Of a stretch of 64,000 nucleotides of DNA, positions 1 to 7,496 are shown one piece after another. The notes below the pieces were generated by a model that had not been told where the DNA came from, did no database searches, and saw only the letters and a program-made list of their open reading frames with translations. Position 1 is the stretch's first letter; every line of letters starts with the position of its first letter. Position numbers and translations under genes: made by a program. Origin of the DNA: a virus; the IMG/VR virus record IMGVR_UViG_3300037312_000927; one strand, written 5' to 3'.

Positions 1-19
1 CCGTGAACAAGAGCACCCG

Positions 20-1366
20 ATGATGGGTAAATGGATCGAAGTCCGTTACGAAATCCACACCCACAACGGCATCGGCCTGTCGAGCACCAACCACAAGCTG
101 GATATCCCGATGTACGAAGGCGTATCTTCGCTGGAATCGCTCGGCCTGACCCGCCTGGATAAGTGCTCAGAAAGCGTGAAAGCCGCCCTGATCGCTCGTG
201 GCGAGAAGTATCTGAAGCTGCACGAGAAGCCGGCGTACGTCATGTCGACTGGCAACATCACCCGCAAGGAAGGTCGCAACACGTACCAGTTCAACGCCAA
301 AGGTCGTGCAATGGTCGACATCCTCGGCCACCGTCAGATGGACACGAACTACTACGCACACTTCCACGTGGCGGATCCGGACAACACGGAATCGGACGAA
401 TACATCCCGATGTCGAAGGTCGACGACTACATCAAGATGAGCTGCAGCCCGTACCTGTACGGTTTCTCGTTCAAGGCCAAGCTGTGGGGTGAGATGAGCG
501 TCGACCAAATCACGGAGATCCAATTCCGTGACGACGTCTACAACAAGCTGGTCCTGGACGATGCCACCAAGCGCATGATCTTCGCCCAAGTCACCGATAC
601 CGGTGATGCGGACACCGATCTTATCGCTGGCAAAGGCGTCGGCTGCATCGCCCTGCTGGAAGGTCCTCCGGGTGTCGGTAAAACCCTGACGGCGGAAGCT
701 GTCTCGGAAACCCTGAAGCGCCCAATCTACTACGTGTCGGTCGGCGAACTGGGTACCAGTGCTCGTTCGCTGGAAAGCAACCTGAAGGAAATCCTGGAAA
801 TCGCAGCTTCCTGGAATGCCATCCTGCTGCTGGACGAAGGTGACGTGTTCCTGGAACGTCGTGACAGCCACGACCTGGAACGCAACGCCATGGTCGCCGT
901 GTTCCTGCGTCTGCTGGAATATTTCCCGGGCATCATGTTCCTGACGACCAACCGTGCCGACAACATCGACCCGGCCTTCGAGTCCCGTATCACGCTCTGC
1001 ATCCACTACAAGGATCTGGAGTCGAGCAGCCGCTTCAAGATCTGGACAAACCTGCTGAATGCTGCTAAGATCAAGGGCATCAACACCGAGTCCATCGATC
1101 GTCTGTCGCACTTCAAGCTGAACGGTCGCCAGATCAAGCAAGTGATCAAGTCGGCCGGTGCACTGGCTCGTTTCGAGAAGCGCAATCTGAACTACGACGA
1201 CTTCATGACGGTCATCCAGCAGAAGGAAGACTTCAAAAAGGCGACGGTCTATCAGCTCGGTAAGGGTCTGACGGACGACAAGGCAGCAGCGCCGAAGGCT
1301 GGCGTGTTCCGCCGTGCGTGGAACGCTCTGGTCAACAACGGCAAGAGCCTGGGCCAAGGCCAGTAA
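20..1366 (+). CDS. AAA+ ATPase (probably 5'-truncated by the window edge)
   Basis: Walker A GPPGVGKT, Walker B LLLDEGD, sensor FLTTNR, AFESRI and lid LNGRQIK. The frame is open back to base 2. Confidence 0.9.
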   Translation: MMGKWIEVRYEIHTHNGIGLSSTNHKLDIPMYEGVSSLESLGLTRLDKCSESVKAALIARGEKYLKLHEKPAYVMSTGNITRKEGRNTYQFNAKGRAMVDILGHRQMDTNYYAHFHVADPDNTESDEYIPMSKVDDYIKMSCSPYLYGFSFKAKLWGEMSVDQITEIQFRDDVYNKLVLDDATKRMIFAQVTDTGDADTDLIAGKGVGCIALLEGPPGVGKTLTAEAVSETLKRPIYYVSVGELGTSARSLESNLKEILEIAASWNAILLLDEGDVFLERRDSHDLERNAMVAVFLRLLEYFPGIMFLTTNRADNIDPAFESRITLCIHYKDLESSSRFKIWTNLLNAAKIKGINTESIDRLSHFKLNGRQIKQVIKSAGALARFEKRNLNYDDFMTVIQQKEDFKKATVYQLGKGLTDDKAAAPKAGVFRRAWNALVNNGKSLGQGQ

Positions 1367-1375
1367 AAGCATTAT

Positions 1376-1461
1376 GGGGGTATGGTGAAATTGGTAGTAC
1401 ACATCAGACTTAAAATCTGACGACGAAAGTCGTGCCGGTTCGAGTCCGGCTACCCCTACCA
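1376..1461 (+). tRNA. trnL: tRNA-Leu(UAA)
   Basis: Acceptor GGGGGTA/TACCCCT, anticodon arm TCAGA-CTTAAAA-TCTGA, long variable arm, GCCGG-TTCGAGT-CCGGC, encoded CCA. Confidence 0.95.
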
Positions 1462-1466
1462 AAATC

Positions 1467-1499
1467 GGGCCGGCTAGGTTAACCCCTAGTCGGTCTTTT
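1467..1499 (+). terminator. probable intrinsic terminator after tRNA-Leu
   Basis: GGCCGGCTAGG...CCTAGTCGGTC hairpin followed by TTTT. Confidence 0.6.
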
Positions 1500-1521
1500 A
1501 ACTTGTGAAGTTCTTTCAAGA

Positions 1522-1890
1522 ATGGATATCAGTATGTCGAAGCAAGAAAAAATCGAAGCAGCAGCAAAAGCAAAAGCCCTGAAGGCAGCCATTCCAGCAG
1601 GCACTGGCCTCGTACTGGACACGACCGCGTTCGAAAAGGACTCCGTTTCCCCGGCAGACCGCTTCTGGAATATCAAGGGCACGAGCTACTACAGCCGTGA
1701 CAAAGGTCTGCTGAAAGGACTGCGTCGTATTCTGAACCTGAAGGCCGGGGTGAACGAAGACGTGGCCGATATGCTGGAAGCAGGTCCGAACGACACGAAC
1801 GTGATCGTCGACAAGATCGCCGCTGTCCCAGCAAAAGACTGGCCATTCAAGATCACCAAGGGCCCGGCTCACCCGCGCCTGAACGGCTAA
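1522..1890 (+). CDS. hypothetical protein
   Basis: ORF with the C/G-ending codon bias of neighbouring + strand genes. Confidence 0.7.
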   Translation: MDISMSKQEKIEAAAKAKALKAAIPAGTGLVLDTTAFEKDSVSPADRFWNIKGTSYYSRDKGLLKGLRRILNLKAGVNEDVADMLEAGPNDTNVIVDKIAAVPAKDWPFKITKGPAHPRLNG

Positions 1891-1983
1891 GCTCAACAGT
1901 TTCAATAATCTCCCTAGGTATTGGTATAATATAAGTAACATAGAAATATGTATCTTTTCTTATCATTAACCAGGGATCTGAAA

Positions 1984-2160
1984 ATGTTCGGTATTCTCAG
2001 CAATCTGACGAAGGCTGTAGTGGGCGTCGTGGTGGAAACACCGCTGGCCGTCGCAGCTGACGTCGTAACCCTCGGTGGAGTTCTGACTGACAAGAAAGAA
2101 ACCTACACCGAAACCGCTGTCAAAAACGTTTACAAGAACGTCGAGAAAGCAACGAAGTAA
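1984..2160 (+). CDS. small hypothetical protein
   Basis: ATG at 1984, downstream of TGGTATAAT (1922); MFGILSNLTKAVVGVVV... Confidence 0.7.
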   Translation: MFGILSNLTKAVVGVVVETPLAVAADVVTLGGVLTDKKETYTETAVKNVYKNVEKATK

Positions 2161-2167
2161 TTTACCT

Positions 2168-2392
2168 AGGTGGGCTTAGCGTTCCCTTAATTCAGAGACG
2201 GCGGCACGAATGCTGCCAGGAAAGAATGAACGCTCAATGAAAGCATACGGAGAATAGGGCAGTAGTGAACTAGGAACCGACAACCTAGGAATCGAAATCC
2301 GGACTTGTCATCCGGTTAGACTGGAATCCGAACGTATGTGGAAGGTGAGACGGCCCGTGGTTCGATCCCACGAGGGAACGCTAAGCCCACCT
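2168..2392 (+). ncRNA. tRNA-like structured ncRNA with a 20-bp closing stem
   Basis: 2168-2187 is the exact reverse complement of 2373-2392. T-arm CGTGG-TTCGATC-CCACG at 2356-2372; internal hairpins at 2200-2217, 2270-2288, 2299-2315. Confidence 0.7.
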
Positions 2393-2431
2393 GTCAATGA
2401 TTATTAAATATTAACTTCAAGGGGAAATCCT

Positions 2432-2677
2432 GTGTCTGCAAAGAAAGAAGTCAAAGGCGGCAAGCCCGCCCCCGTCGTTCCGGTCAAGAAAGCCAAAGTC
2501 GATCCGGCAACCAAGATCGAGCGCAATTCTGACGGTACCAAGGTCATGAAAGTGGCACGGGGCACCGAACGTCGTCGCCGTCGTGAAGGTCTGCGTCAGG
2601 ACTGGAAAACCCATCCGAACGCAAAGCAAATGCTGAAACCGGGTCAACCGACCGTGGTTGAAGCAGCAGCGGCTTAA
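2432..2677 (+). CDS. small basic hypothetical protein
   Basis: Lys/Arg-rich ORF with GTG start, GGGGA RBS and typical codon usage. Confidence 0.7.
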   Translation: MSAKKEVKGGKPAPVVPVKKAKVDPATKIERNSDGTKVMKVARGTERRRRREGLRQDWKTHPNAKQMLKPGQPTVVEAAAA

Positions 2678-2704
2678 TCCAAGTCGCTTTAAGGTGCCTG
2701 TGAC

Positions 2705-2934
2705 AGAGGCTTTCTAATTAACCTCTAGATATCAATCAACGAGGGTACTATGAAATAATCCAATCTAAACCCATTTGAGTCGAGCGTACAAAAGGTACGC
2801 ACTTGAGTATAGATACCAGGCCGGCAAGCTCGACACATCGGAAGAGGTTAACTAACGATTCCTAGTTCGGTGTGGCTAAACAGAGCACATCAAGCAGTAC
2901 CCACCGCTCCGGCTGAATCAGTGCGGGGCGGTGG
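2705..2934 (+). ncRNA. candidate structured ncRNA or tRNA-operon leader
   Basis: Nested pairings 2718-2726/2843-2851, 2779-2783/2830-2834, 2784-2789/2795-2800; terminal hairpin 2901-2934; no long ORF. Confidence 0.45.
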
Positions 2935-2940
2935 TCCAAA

Positions 2941-3025
2941 CGGGAAGTGGCTTAGCGGTAGAGCGCTGTTGCGGGCGCCGTGCCCAGCACAGACAACAAA
3001 GGTTCGACTCCTTTCTTCCCGACCA
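2941..3025 (+). ncRNA. tRNA-like RNA with an elongated, non-canonical anticodon arm
   Basis: Acceptor CGGGAAG/CTTCCCG + A + CCA, D-arm GCTT-AGCGGTA-GAGC, T-arm AAAGG-TTCGACT-CCTTT. The anticodon arm is 27 nt instead of 17. Confidence 0.75.
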
Positions 3026-3047
3026 GAATTCATTCAATGAGGTTATC

Positions 3048-3224
3048 ATGTACATTACCTGGACTCTCCTCTTCATCGTCTCTGCAATACTCGGAGGACT
3101 CTTCGGGGATGTAGGTATGATAGCAACAGCAGGTGGTCTGTTTTCCATTTCGCTGGTTTCGGCTATAGCACTGTTAGCAACCTGGATTGACCAGGGTAAC
3201 AAAAGAATTAAAAGACGGAGTTGA
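3048..3224 (+). CDS. small membrane protein
   Basis: GAGG RBS, ATG at 3048, two hydrophobic segments and a basic C-terminus. Confidence 0.7.
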   Translation: MYITWTLLFIVSAILGGLFGDVGMIATAGGLFSISLVSAIALLATWIDQGNKRIKRRS

Positions 3225-3249
3225 CGAACTCTGACATATTAGTTAAAAT
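3221..3249 (+). promoter_or_regulatory. sigma70-type promoter for tRNA-Gly
   Basis: TTGACG-17 nt-TAAAAT, 12 nt upstream of the tRNA. Confidence 0.65.
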
Positions 3250-3261
3250 AGTATCTCAAAT

Positions 3262-3337
3262 GCGGGTATAACTCAGTTGGTAGAGTGTCAGCCTTCCAAG
3301 CTGTTCGTCGCAGGTTCGAGCCCTGTTGCCCGCTCCA
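3262..3337 (+). tRNA. trnG: tRNA-Gly(UCC)
   Basis: GCGGGTA/TGCCCGC acceptor, CT-TCC-AA anticodon loop, GGTTCGAGCCC T-loop, CCA. Confidence 0.95.
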
Positions 3338-3349
3338 ATTTTCCTTCTT

Positions 3350-3391
3350 ATCGCCGAGGTAGATCACAACGATCCCTCGGCGATTCTTTTT
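3350..3391 (+). terminator. intrinsic terminator
   Basis: ATCGCCGAGG/CCTCGGCGAT 10-bp stem followed by a T-tract. Confidence 0.7.
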
Positions 3392-3546
3392 CGTACCTAC
3401 ACCGATTCCCCATTTTCAAAATTACTCTAAAGGCATTTCGCCATAATACGTTGTTGACGCTGCGTAAGAGTAGAGAATGAGGAATCGGTGTGGGCACGCG
3501 TCCACTAGACCAATGTTGGTCATAACTCCAAATAAATAGGAAAAAT

Positions 3547-4455
3547 ATGTTCAATCTGAATACCACCGGCTTCTCCGCTAAAGTCCTGAACCGCATGTTC
3601 CGTCAGGTCGATGGCCTGAAATGGGATCTGCAGACCGGCTCGCTGGGCGTCGTCGGCAAGGATGGCTCCATCGCCACCCTGACCAAGAACGAAGTCGCAG
3701 CCAACGGAGACACCCCGGCGTCGGTCGAATACAACATCTCGATCAACCCGTTCGACCTGTTCTCGATCGCCATCCCGGCCTTCGCAACGCAGACCCGCAT
3801 CGAAAACATCAAGGAAGGCGACCTGGTCGTCGGCGCCGAGAAAATCCTGGGCTTCGTCATCGACAAGACCGACAAGTCGCTGAAGCTGCGTGACTTCGAC
3901 GGCTTCACCAAGAACTACACCCCGCCGAAGACCCAGATCCTGGGCCAAGATGGCGCGCTGGTCGTCCAGTCGCTGGGTAACCTGTTCGGCGGCCAAGCTG
4001 GCGTCGGTGGCTTCCAGAACATGCTGATGCCGCTGCTGCTGGCCAACGACAACAGCACCGAAGGTCTGGACTCGATCCTGCCGCTGATGCTGTTCAGCCA
4101 ACTGCAAACCACCAACCCGGCCGTCGCTGCAGACGCTGCAACCGCTGCTGGCAACCCGGCCCTGGCTGCGAACCCGATCGGTAACCTGCTGCCGCTGCTG
4201 CTGCTGAAAGGCGCCGGCAAGAAGAAAGCTGGCGGATCGACCGGCGGTGCACTGGGCGGCATCGATCCGATGATGCTGATGATGATGGGCGGCTTCGGCG
4301 GCGGCGCACAAGCTGGCGGCATGAATCCGATGATGCTGCTGGCCCTGGCCAAAGGCGGTTTCGGTGGCGATGACGAACCGGAAGCTCCGGCTCTGGTGTC
4401 GGTGCCGCGTACCAGCAACTCGGGCTTCGCTCCGGCCCTGACCCGTACCCGCTAA
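3547..4455 (+). CDS. hypothetical protein with Gly/Met-rich repeated PLLL/PMML helices
   Basis: 302-aa ORF with AGGA RBS and strong codon bias. Confidence 0.85.
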   Translation: MFNLNTTGFSAKVLNRMFRQVDGLKWDLQTGSLGVVGKDGSIATLTKNEVAANGDTPASVEYNISINPFDLFSIAIPAFATQTRIENIKEGDLVVGAEKILGFVIDKTDKSLKLRDFDGFTKNYTPPKTQILGQDGALVVQSLGNLFGGQAGVGGFQNMLMPLLLANDNSTEGLDSILPLMLFSQLQTTNPAVAADAATAAGNPALAANPIGNLLPLLLLKGAGKKKAGGSTGGALGGIDPMMLMMMGGFGGGAQAGGMNPMMLLALAKGGFGGDDEPEAPALVSVPRTSNSGFAPALTRTR

Positions 4456-4471
4456 TCCGGCGGTAACGGTC

Positions 4472-4499
4472 TTGCACATTGAGGCTGTTATGCTATAAT
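4472..4499 (+). promoter_or_regulatory. sigma70-type promoter with extended -10
   Basis: TTGCAC-16 nt-TATAAT with TGn immediately before the -10. Confidence 0.7.
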
Positions 4500-4637
4500 A
4501 GTCTCAATAAGGCAACCAAGTGGATTGGCGACCTACTGGCTTGCACCATCCGTGCACAGACGGTGGTTGCCCCAATAGCCTGTGCAAATAGTAGAACGGA
4601 AGAGACCTTGTTCACAAGACCGGGTCTCTTCCCCATA

Positions 4638-4717
4638 GGTAGCGTGCCTGAGTCTGGTCCAAAGGAACGGATTGCAAACCCGTAAAACCGCAGGTTCAAA
4701 TCCTGCCGCTATCTCCA
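4638..4717 (+). tRNA. trnC: tRNA-Cys(GCA)
   Basis: GGTAGCG/CGCTATC acceptor, TT-GCA-AA loop, GGTTCAAATCC, CCA. Confidence 0.93.
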
Positions 4718-4736
4718 ATAAACATAGAGGTAATAT

Positions 4737-4865
4737 ATGTGGATGAGTAACTTCGGGGAAGCTTTTAAAGCTTTATTGGTTCTGTCTATTATCGGATTTC
4801 TTTCCGGATGTGTGGGAGTAGGATATCTGATTTACTGGCTGATCAAACACGTACAGTTCGTCTAA
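4737..4865 (+). CDS. single-TM micropeptide 1 (42 aa)
   Basis: GAGG RBS; MWMSNFGEAFKALLVLSIIGFLSGCVGVGYLIYWLIKHVQFV; below the ORF-track cutoff. Confidence 0.75.
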   Translation: MWMSNFGEAFKALLVLSIIGFLSGCVGVGYLIYWLIKHVQFV

Positions 4866-4884
4866 ACGATTCGAAAGATTAAAC

Positions 4885-5040
4885 ATGAGCACGATAGGTG
4901 AAGTATTCGAAGAAGTAGGCAAAGGCTTCGAAAGCATTATCAAATGGGCTTGTATCGTTCTCATTCTCGCAGCTGGTTGCGGTCTGTGTGGTGCAGGTTT
5001 CCTCGTCTATTTCCTGTGTAAACATCTTCACTGGGTATAA
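4885..5040 (+). CDS. single-TM micropeptide 2 (51 aa)
   Basis: MSTIGEVFEEVGKGFESIIKWACIVLILAAGCGLCGAGFLVYFLCKHLHWV. Confidence 0.75.
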   Translation: MSTIGEVFEEVGKGFESIIKWACIVLILAAGCGLCGAGFLVYFLCKHLHWV

Positions 5041-5041
5041 A

Positions 5042-5191
5042 ATGAAAACGAATAAATACGAAGATCCCACGACGAAAGCATTCAATGCAATTGTCGGACC
5101 ATTCGTAATAGCCGCCCTTATCATCGGGGCAGGTGCCGCATCGGTGTTAGGTGCTGTCGGTTTCGGTATCTATTACGTCTGCACCCATTAA
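5042..5191 (+). CDS. single-TM micropeptide 3 (49 aa)
   Basis: MKTNKYEDPTTKAFNAIVGPFVIAALIIGAGAASVLGAVGFGIYYVCTH; starts 1 nt after the previous stop. Confidence 0.75.
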   Translation: MKTNKYEDPTTKAFNAIVGPFVIAALIIGAGAASVLGAVGFGIYYVCTH

Positions 5192-5197
5192 TCTTAT

Positions 5198-5274
<77 letters not shown>

Positions 5275-5288
5275 TCTTCCAAACTCCA

Positions 5289-5423
5289 ATGAACAACGTT
5301 AAATCCAATAGCACTAAACTGCTGATGGCTCTAGCGCTTGGGATCGTATTGTCCAAATGTGGCAACGCCCCGGTAACGAGCCCGATGCCATTTCCAGCAA
5401 AGGTACAATATGAAATCCAGTAA
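5289..5423 (+). CDS. small exported or lipoprotein-like peptide (44 aa)
   Basis: Basic N-terminus, hydrophobic core, LSKC; weak RBS. Confidence 0.45.
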   Translation: MNNVKSNSTKLLMALALGIVLSKCGNAPVTSPMPFPAKVQYEIQ

Positions 5424-5551
5424 ACAATCACTGCCTAAGCCTCGTACTAAACTGCACGAGGTTTTGGCAATGAAAGCTACCAGTGGAGCAACTGGGAAAC
5501 ACGCTTCGACAAAATTTAAACGAGCCCCTAAGCATAAGGGTCTCAATAACC

Positions 5552-5578
5552 ACGGGGACTTCGGTTCCCGTTTTTTTT
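5552..5578 (+). terminator. intrinsic terminator
   Basis: ACGGGGAC-TTCG-GTTCCCGT followed by a T-run. Confidence 0.8.
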
Positions 5579-5596
5579 AGTTCAATGGAGTTTAAT

Positions 5597-5824
5597 ATGA
5601 AGAAATATGCAATGATCCTTGCTATACTAATCCTGGCTGCTGGGTGTGCCAAGAAAGAAATACGTGATGAGCTTCAGGCTAACCAGGCTGCTGCAAAAGT
5701 AGAGATATTACAGTCGCAGTTGAAAACGTGCGAAAAGAATGGAGGGCTCCAACGTATCTCTTCAACCAGTAGTGGTGTTACCGTGGTATGTAAAAATGGT
5801 GTTCAAACTTGGATTTTTATTTAA
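5597..5824 (+). CDS. small lipoprotein (paralog A)
   Basis: GGAG RBS; MKKYAMILAILILAAG-C lipobox. Confidence 0.8.
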   Translation: MKKYAMILAILILAAGCAKKEIRDELQANQAAAKVEILQSQLKTCEKNGGLQRISSTSSGVTVVCKNGVQTWIFI

Positions 5825-5833
5825 GGGTTATAA

Positions 5834-6100
5834 ATGAAGAAATACGCAATGATTTTTGCTGTTCTGATCCTGGCTGTAGGCTGCTCTCCTAAATCTGAAA
5901 CTGAGGTAGAAAAGGAGAGAGTAGAACGGGTAAATTTGGCTAAGAAGAAAATACAGTTTTTACAGGAACAGTTTCATGCATGCGATAAAAATGAGGGTGT
6001 TAAAGACATCGACGGATACAACTGTTACAAAGGTGGATGTAGGGCCGTAATGATTGAGTGTAATGACGGCATGTCGAAGATCATGGATAAGGAATTTTAA
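5834..6100 (+). CDS. small lipoprotein (paralog B)
   Basis: MKKYAMIFAVLILAVG-C lipobox; shares KI.(I/F)LQ.Q...C.KN.G with paralog A. Confidence 0.8.
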   Translation: MKKYAMIFAVLILAVGCSPKSETEVEKERVERVNLAKKKIQFLQEQFHACDKNEGVKDIDGYNCYKGGCRAVMIECNDGMSKIMDKEF

Positions 6101-6411
6101 TGACAAAAGGTATTTGTAGAATAGGGGATTCTGTTACAGGGACATGCAGAGTTTCTGCCCCAGGTCATCCTCGTACCTTCACCGGTACTTGGAATACAGG
6201 GTCTGGAGTGGTAGAATGTGACGGCATCGGAGTCGTACGGGAGAACGACACTGGTACAACTGATTGCGGACATACATTCAAGGCCTTAGGTGGAGTCGAT
6301 ACTTTGAGCGGAGATGGGTTGAAGATGCAGCGAGTGGGCGATGCGGTAACTGTAGTCGGCGGTGGGGATGGAGTTTCTATCACTGGTTCGAGTAGCTCTA
6401 CTTCGGAATAA
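6100..6411 (+). CDS. PAAR-like / gp5.4-like spike tip protein
   Basis: Repeated RIGD/RVGD motifs, GHP and DCGH metal ligands, 103 aa. Confidence 0.7.
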   Translation: MTKGICRIGDSVTGTCRVSAPGHPRTFTGTWNTGSGVVECDGIGVVRENDTGTTDCGHTFKALGGVDTLSGDGLKMQRVGDAVTVVGGGDGVSITGSSSSTSE

Positions 6412-6413
6412 TC

Positions 6414-6617
6414 ATGATAACAAAAAGTCGTTACTGGGTAAAACCTAAAGCATGGCTCGTGGTAACTCCTGAGATATCCTACAGGTTAAGAAGGGATGAC
6501 TATGTGAGATATAAGGGTAGATGGCTTGTAATCTACAGAATCACAGAAGACAGTGGTATCCAGTTATCAAATTTCAAGTATGTGTGCCTGACTGAACTTG
6601 ATGACTTCAAAGAATAA
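6414..6617 (+). CDS. hypothetical protein
   Basis: ORF tightly packed in the operon. Confidence 0.55.
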   Translation: MITKSRYWVKPKAWLVVTPEISYRLRRDDYVRYKGRWLVIYRITEDSGIQLSNFKYVCLTELDDFKE

Positions 6618-6645
6618 ATAAATAAAACAATAATAGAATAAGAAA

Positions 6646-7473
6646 ATGACAAGTGGAATCAAAGTAAAAGTAGTAAAAGATAGCATTAATAAAGGCCAGC
6701 GACTGACTACTCTGCAGCTTCGCTATCACAGGTACATCCATGGTGAGTTTATGACTCACCGAGTATTTAGCCGTAATGCTTCAAGCAGCCGTGCAATCCC
6801 CGTTAAAACGATGCTGAAGCAAGTTTGGAGCGACCCTGCTATTCCGGTTCATTGGGGTGCTAATCAGCCCGGTATGCAGGCTAGGAGACATCTTGAAGGC
6901 TTTAAACTTTGGGCTGCTAGAAGTGCTTGGATCTTGGCTGCTAAATTAATGTGTGTCTTTGCTTATCTAATGATTCTCATCGGTCTGCACAAGCAGATTG
7001 CTAACCGTATTCTAGAGCCTTGGCAGTTCATCCACGTTATCGTCACTGCTACCGATTGGGATAACTTCTTCCTGTTACGAGATCACCCAGATGCTCAGCC
7101 TGAAATTCGAGAGTTGGCTGCGGAGATTAAGTACTGGATGGATCATTCGACCCCCAAACATCTCATGGATTGGGAATGGCACCTTCCTTACGTAACTGAT
7201 GAAGAGATTAAATTCGGTAGTCTCGAAGATTGCATCAAGATGTCCACTGCTAGATGTGCAAGGGTTTCATACCTTACCCATGATGGTAAAAAGCCTTCTA
7301 AAGAAAAGGATATTAAACTGCATGATGATCTGGTTGTAGCTGAACCAATCCATGCGAGCCCTTCAGAGCACCAAGCTATGCCTGCTAACGATGATAACTA
7401 CCATAAGAACTTCCGTGGCTGGGTTCAATATCGCAGTTTCGTAGAACGTAAAGAAATGCCTAAAGCAGCATAA
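6646..7473 (+). CDS. thyX: flavin-dependent thymidylate synthase ThyX
   Basis: EFMTHRVFSRNASSSRAIP motif; HKQIANRILEPW; SPSEH...NFRGWVQYR. Confidence 0.92.
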   Translation: MTSGIKVKVVKDSINKGQRLTTLQLRYHRYIHGEFMTHRVFSRNASSSRAIPVKTMLKQVWSDPAIPVHWGANQPGMQARRHLEGFKLWAARSAWILAAKLMCVFAYLMILIGLHKQIANRILEPWQFIHVIVTATDWDNFFLLRDHPDAQPEIRELAAEIKYWMDHSTPKHLMDWEWHLPYVTDEEIKFGSLEDCIKMSTARCARVSYLTHDGKKPSKEKDIKLHDDLVVAEPIHASPSEHQAMPANDDNYHKNFRGWVQYRSFVERKEMPKAA

Positions 7474-7496
7474 ATCTCAATTGCTGAAGTCGTAAT

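Noticed and set aside
167-1519. Long antisense ORFs (167..1519, 3520..4479, 8463..9395, 9448..10317, 11271..12341)
   Set aside because: Shadow frames of strongly codon-biased + strand genes; no RBS or recognisable motifs.
2168-2392. tmRNA
   Set aside because: No G3-U70 alanine identity, no CCA, too short, and no tag reading frame ending in Ala-Ala.
2941-3025. tRNA-Sec or class II tRNA
   Set aside because: No UCA anticodon, a 7-bp acceptor, and the extra length is in the anticodon arm rather than the variable arm.
2931-3480. ORF-track starts at 2931 and 3277 overlapping tRNA genes
   Set aside because: They read through tRNA or tRNA-like sequence; the real CDS starts at 3048.
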